Source of the DNA: a virus
Taxonomy: Duplodnaviria > Caudoviricetes
Direction: 5' to 3' (one strand)
Length of the DNA: 55,075 nucleotides
Virus record (IMG/VR): IMGVR_UViG_3300036719_004687
Location: 1-55,075 of that record
Under the pieces are notes generated by a model, which did no database searches, had not been told where the DNA came from, and saw only the letters and a program-made list of their open reading frames with translations. Of the stretch, positions 51,404 to 55,075 are shown in pieces (the first letter of the stretch is position 1; every line of letters begins with the position of its first letter). The translations under genes and the position numbers were made by a program.

Positions 51404-52091
51404 TATTAGTAAATGAATCCTTAAATTTAATTTTTTGGCTTAGATTACGATGCAACTTTAAAAATCTTACTACAATTTCCGCAGTATCTTTAACGTCCTT
51501 TAGTGCATCATGAGCGCCAGCCTTTGATATTCCAAAATAATCTCTCACACTATCTAATGTATAACTTTTAAGTTCATTATTGTGTTCAAACCAATAAAAC
51601 ATTAATTGCATAGCATCAACAGTATCTCTGGGATAAAAGAGATCGGTTCTTTTTTCCTTATTAAGATTGCCATATTTCTGACTAAGTCTGTTAATGATAT
51701 GCAAGTCAAATCTATGAATATTGTATCCGGCAGCGATAGGTGCGGAAAATTGGCTTTTTTTAGAAGTTCTTGAATGATATTTATCTAAATAATTGACAAA
51801 CATATTCCAAGAATGTTCTTGCTTAGGATACTTATACCATGCTTGTAAAACATCGTCTGTTCCACACCCCTTAACTTTAGCATGAAAATCTAAAATATCT
51901 GTTTCGTATTTATAGTTATCATTATTTTCTAGTACTTCGGGCTTAAAATTAATATTAAATTCTGATCCATCAATAATCTCTAAATTAATAGGATCAATCA
52001 TAATAGCCGCGATCTGCACCGGACTACAATGAGCGGGATCAGATCCATCTGTCTCAAAATCAAAAACGCAAATTTTATTATAGTTGATCAT
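51396..52091 (-). CDS. DEDDh 3'-5' exonuclease (DnaQ/epsilon-like)
   Basis: ExoI VFDFETDG, ExoII GYNIHRFD and ExoIII HDALKD. Confidence 0.9.
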   Translation of the reverse strand: MINYNKICVFDFETDGSDPAHCSPVQIAAIMIDPINLEIIDGSEFNINFKPEVLENNDNYKYETDILDFHAKVKGCGTDDVLQAWYKYPKQEHSWNMFVNYLDKYHSRTSKKSQFSAPIAAGYNIHRFDLHIINRLSQKYGNLNKEKRTDLFYPRDTVDAMQLMFYWFEHNNELKSYTLDSVRDYFGISKAGAHDALKDVKDTAEIVVRFLKLHRNLSQKIKFKDSFTNNG

Positions 52092-52266
52092 TAACTTGAA
52101 CTTCTATTGTGGGTTGAATAAATAGTTTAGCATTAGAATTTTGAGTTTCTTCTGCATTAATAGATCTGCAACAACTAACTTTAACTGCTGCGATCTTTTT
52201 ATATTCTATATTATTATATGTAAAAATTTCACCATCATTTAGGTCTTTAAACTGCTTATTTATCAT
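52078..52266 (-). CDS. Small hypothetical protein (62 aa)
   Basis: Fills the gap with overlaps on both sides; FKDL..GEIF and VSCC. Confidence 0.6.
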   Translation of the reverse strand: MINKQFKDLNDGEIFTYNNIEYKKIAAVKVSCCRSINAEETQNSNAKLFIQPTIEVQVNDQL

Positions 52267-52946
52267 TGGTTACTCCTTGTTTTATTATATTTATAAATTT
52301 TTTCGCACCAGTCTAAAAATTCTATTTGACTCATATTCATTTTCATTGGTTGTAATTTTTTATGAATCCATTGTATATTATCTTGTGTGTAGCCCTGTGA
52401 CGAGTCTATTCTATCTAAAGATGCTGTGCTATATTTTGATGTTTTTCTAGTCATTGGAAAGTGAATAGGTAGTCCTGTTAAAGCACATTTTCTATCTTGT
52501 TGTAAAAATACTTGCCATGCTTGTTCAATAGTTATATCTAATGGAATTTTACGATTTTTTGCTCCCCTTAAGACCCTAGACCAATATTCTGCTCTAATTT
52601 CTTCGTAACCAGCATATAATGCATGATCTTTTCCTCTTTTTCTAGATTGGCAGCCACAGGTTTTTGTATTACCGCTTTTAATAGAATTTAACAATACATT
52701 AAAATTTGTACCACAGTTACACACACAATTATAAATACTATGGCTATGCTTATCTTTACCTAAATATTTTAATATAGTGATTTGTCCATATTTTTTACCT
52801 ATATGTTTAGTAGTATTATTTTCTTTTAATCCAAATATTTTTATTTGTTGACTAATATATGAATCAGAACACCCATAAATATTTGCTATTTCTTTTTGGC
52901 TATGATTAGCCATTAGTTTTTTAAGCCTGGTTTTAGAAATTTTCAT
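52263..52946 (-). CDS. HNH-family homing endonuclease-like protein with an N-terminal HTH
   Basis: SQKEIANIYGCS HTH, CVCNCG...TKTCGC, CALTG and SLDRIDSSQGYTQDNIQW. Confidence 0.82.
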   Translation of the reverse strand: MKISKTRLKKLMANHSQKEIANIYGCSDSYISQQIKIFGLKENNTTKHIGKKYGQITILKYLGKDKHSHSIYNCVCNCGTNFNVLLNSIKSGNTKTCGCQSRKRGKDHALYAGYEEIRAEYWSRVLRGAKNRKIPLDITIEQAWQVFLQQDRKCALTGLPIHFPMTRKTSKYSTASLDRIDSSQGYTQDNIQWIHKKLQPMKMNMSQIEFLDWCEKIYKYNKTRSNQ

Positions 52947-52964
52947 AATAAGTTAAAATTGATA

Positions 52965-54839
52965 TTATAACTGTACACCATTAGCAAGTAAATCTTGAAT
53001 ACACATAACTTTATCTAAATATGCAATTCCTAAAATATCAAACTTTATTATTCCTAAACTTTCAAGATCTTGCATTTCCATGCCAGCAATTAGTTGATCG
53101 TTTTTACTATCATAAACCATTGGACATAATTCATTTAACGGTTCTGAACTAATCGCTATTCCAGCCGCATGTTTTGACTGATTGGATTTGGTGCCTTCTA
53201 GTCTTATAGCCTGTTCAAACCTTTTTGCCAACGGACCCTGTAGTTCTCCATTATCGTCAATATAGCACCACTCTTTAAGCTTTTCTTTGTTGTTTTCTAA
53301 AGCCCATCGAATAATTGATGCTTCTCCAGTTTCTTCTTTCATTTCCTGTAATTCGTCCGCAATCTTTGCTTCATCTGGAATATTTTTGGTAATTCTATTC
53401 ATTTCATCAAAACTTATGTTCCCATATACTCTTAAGACATCTTTTAAAGCACCTCTACCCTTAATAGTATTAAAGGTTACCATTTGTGATACTTTATTAT
53501 GTCCATATTTATTCTTGATATATTCAATAATCTCTTCTCGTTTATTAATTGGTACGTCCACATCAATATCCGGCATACTAATACGATCTTTTGTATTTCG
53601 ACCAGAATTATAAAATCTGTCAAAAATCAAATTATATCTTATAGGATCAATACTGGTAATACCAATAAGATAAGATACTAGACATCCGGCAGCAGACCCT
53701 CTTCCCGGCCCAGGAAGCCATTTATTTTGTCTTACATAATTCAATATATCTTGCACTATAAGAAAGTAACTACTTAACCCAGCGCCCTGTAAAACGTCTA
53801 GTTCATATTTAATACGATCTAAATATTGTTGTTGTTCTTCTTTAGGTATAATATTTGCAATTTTAGCTTTCCATCCATTACGACATAGTTCTCTTAAAAA
53901 TTCATCTTGATCAAACTTGTCTGGACATGGAAAACTGGGTAATTTCGGCTTGCTCAAAATGTCATATTCTTCAATTAAATTTGCTACAAAATTGGTATTT
54001 TGAATTTCCTCATTAGTATGTAACATCTTCATTTCTTCTTGAGATGGGATGTGATAATTTTCTGAAATAAAGAATGTAGACAATGGTACTTCTTCATTAT
54101 TAGAAATTTTTCTACTAATATCAGGAAAGGTTGTTTTTAAATTATTACATAGTAATATGCGTTGGTCTACAGCATCTTCTTTACGACAATAATGAGCGTC
54201 TGGAGTACAAATAACCAAAGTATCTGTCTCTTTGCCTAAGATACGAATCGCATTAGTTAAACGTGTTTGTACTGGAAGGTTTTCATTATCTATCAGTTGT
54301 GCTTCTAAAAAGACATGATTATTAAATATTTTCTTTAAGTATTGTATATGCTCTATTCCAAGTTCTTTCCAGTTCTCTTTAAGTTCATAATTATCCAGAA
54401 TAGTATCTGCTAATGTTGATCCTAAATGACCAGTAATAGCACACAGATTGCCACTGTTCATAGATGAGACAGTTGCTAAATCGAGCCTTGGTTTATGATA
54501 ATAATGTTCTGGCTTATTTGATTCGGATACTATTTTAATGAGATCAAGCCAGCCCTTATAGTTTTTTGCTAAAATAATAAAATGTGATAATTCTCTATTG
54601 GTTTTTTCTTGAATTTTAGGATCATCTTTACAGATATATAATTCACAACCTAAAATTGGTTTAATTCCAGCAGATTTCATTGCAGAATAAAACTTTACAG
54701 CACCGGCAATATTACCATGATCTGTAAGAGCACAAGCAGATGCGTTAATTTCTTTGCATCTTTCTGCAATTTGTTCTGGTTTAGATAGTCCATCCAATAA
54801 ACTAAGCATTGAATGACAGTGGAGAGGAATGTAATTCAT
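52965..54839 (-). CDS. dnaE: DNA polymerase III alpha, N-terminal part (PHP and palm)
   Basis: LHCHS..SLLDG, TDHG, DAHY, GRGSAAG, MPDIDVD, HAAG and KFDILG. Confidence 0.95.
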   Translation of the reverse strand: MNYIPLHCHSMLSLLDGLSKPEQIAERCKEINASACALTDHGNIAGAVKFYSAMKSAGIKPILGCELYICKDDPKIQEKTNRELSHFIILAKNYKGWLDLIKIVSESNKPEHYYHKPRLDLATVSSMNSGNLCAITGHLGSTLADTILDNYELKENWKELGIEHIQYLKKIFNNHVFLEAQLIDNENLPVQTRLTNAIRILGKETDTLVICTPDAHYCRKEDAVDQRILLCNNLKTTFPDISRKISNNEEVPLSTFFISENYHIPSQEEMKMLHTNEEIQNTNFVANLIEEYDILSKPKLPSFPCPDKFDQDEFLRELCRNGWKAKIANIIPKEEQQQYLDRIKYELDVLQGAGLSSYFLIVQDILNYVRQNKWLPGPGRGSAAGCLVSYLIGITSIDPIRYNLIFDRFYNSGRNTKDRISMPDIDVDVPINKREEIIEYIKNKYGHNKVSQMVTFNTIKGRGALKDVLRVYGNISFDEMNRITKNIPDEAKIADELQEMKEETGEASIIRWALENNKEKLKEWCYIDDNGELQGPLAKRFEQAIRLEGTKSNQSKHAAGIAISSEPLNELCPMVYDSKNDQLIAGMEMQDLESLGIIKFDILGIAYLDKVMCIQDLLANGVQL

Positions 54840-55075
54840 ATCTTATCAGCAACCATCTTACACAATAAAATAAATTCTTCCAATGATAAATTATTCTTCA
54901 TTAAGTTTATTTCCTTTTTTACCCACCAAATATTGTCTTTTGTATAGCCCTTCATACTATCAATTCTATCCACAGATGCATCAGTTGTCAAGTCTATTGG
55001 CATTCCGGTTATAGCGCATTTTCCATCTTGTCTAAGATACATATCATATAAATATTTTGCATCTATATTTGAATC
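54836..55075 (-). CDS. HNH-family endonuclease (5'-truncated by the window edge)
   Basis: Frame is open to the window edge; QDGKCAITG and SVDRIDSMKGYTKDNIWWV...NLMK. Confidence 0.8.
   Translation of the reverse strand, partial: DSNIDAKYLYDMYLRQDGKCAITGMPIDLTTDASVDRIDSMKGYTKDNIWWVKKEINLMKNNLSLEEFILLCKMVADKI

Noticed and set aside
51300-53050. Split intein or group I intron at the dnaE break
   Set aside because: No intein terminal motifs are visible, and the intervening DNA is filled with three ORFs, leaving no room for a ribozyme core.

Overview
The whole window reads as part of a large, AT-rich tailed dsDNA phage genome (Caudoviricetes, probably siphovirus-like because no sheath gene is visible). 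The + strand (1-35.6 kb) holds a virion module: HNH and ERCC4 nucleases, large terminase, portal, protease/scaffold, decoration protein, major capsid, neck proteins, tail tube, probable chaperones, a 3827-aa tape measure protein (TMP), tail-tip proteins, a mucin-like protein and a glycosyltransferase. The - strand (35.6-55 kb) holds two glycosylation clusters, a beta-solenoid protein, recombination/SSB genes, and a DnaE polymerase split into two genes around an HNH, a small ORF and a DEDDh exonuclease. The top candidate for a new system is an internal cassette array of about 1050 aa in the TMP. In it, 11 [FY]xxGG motifs and two DTVPALLTPGEFVI boxes delimit five unrelated cargo domains (GNAT-like, two PD-(D/E)xK-like, two unknown), suggesting a processed, tail-delivered effector polyprotein. 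Also notable are a possible mucin-type virion O-glycosylation system (GT60-like enzyme plus Ser/Thr/Pro-rich virion proteins), an intein-less split DnaE, a nested scaffold gene and a recurring GTGTAT late-promoter motif. All calls come from reading motifs by eye and gene order; no database searches were run.
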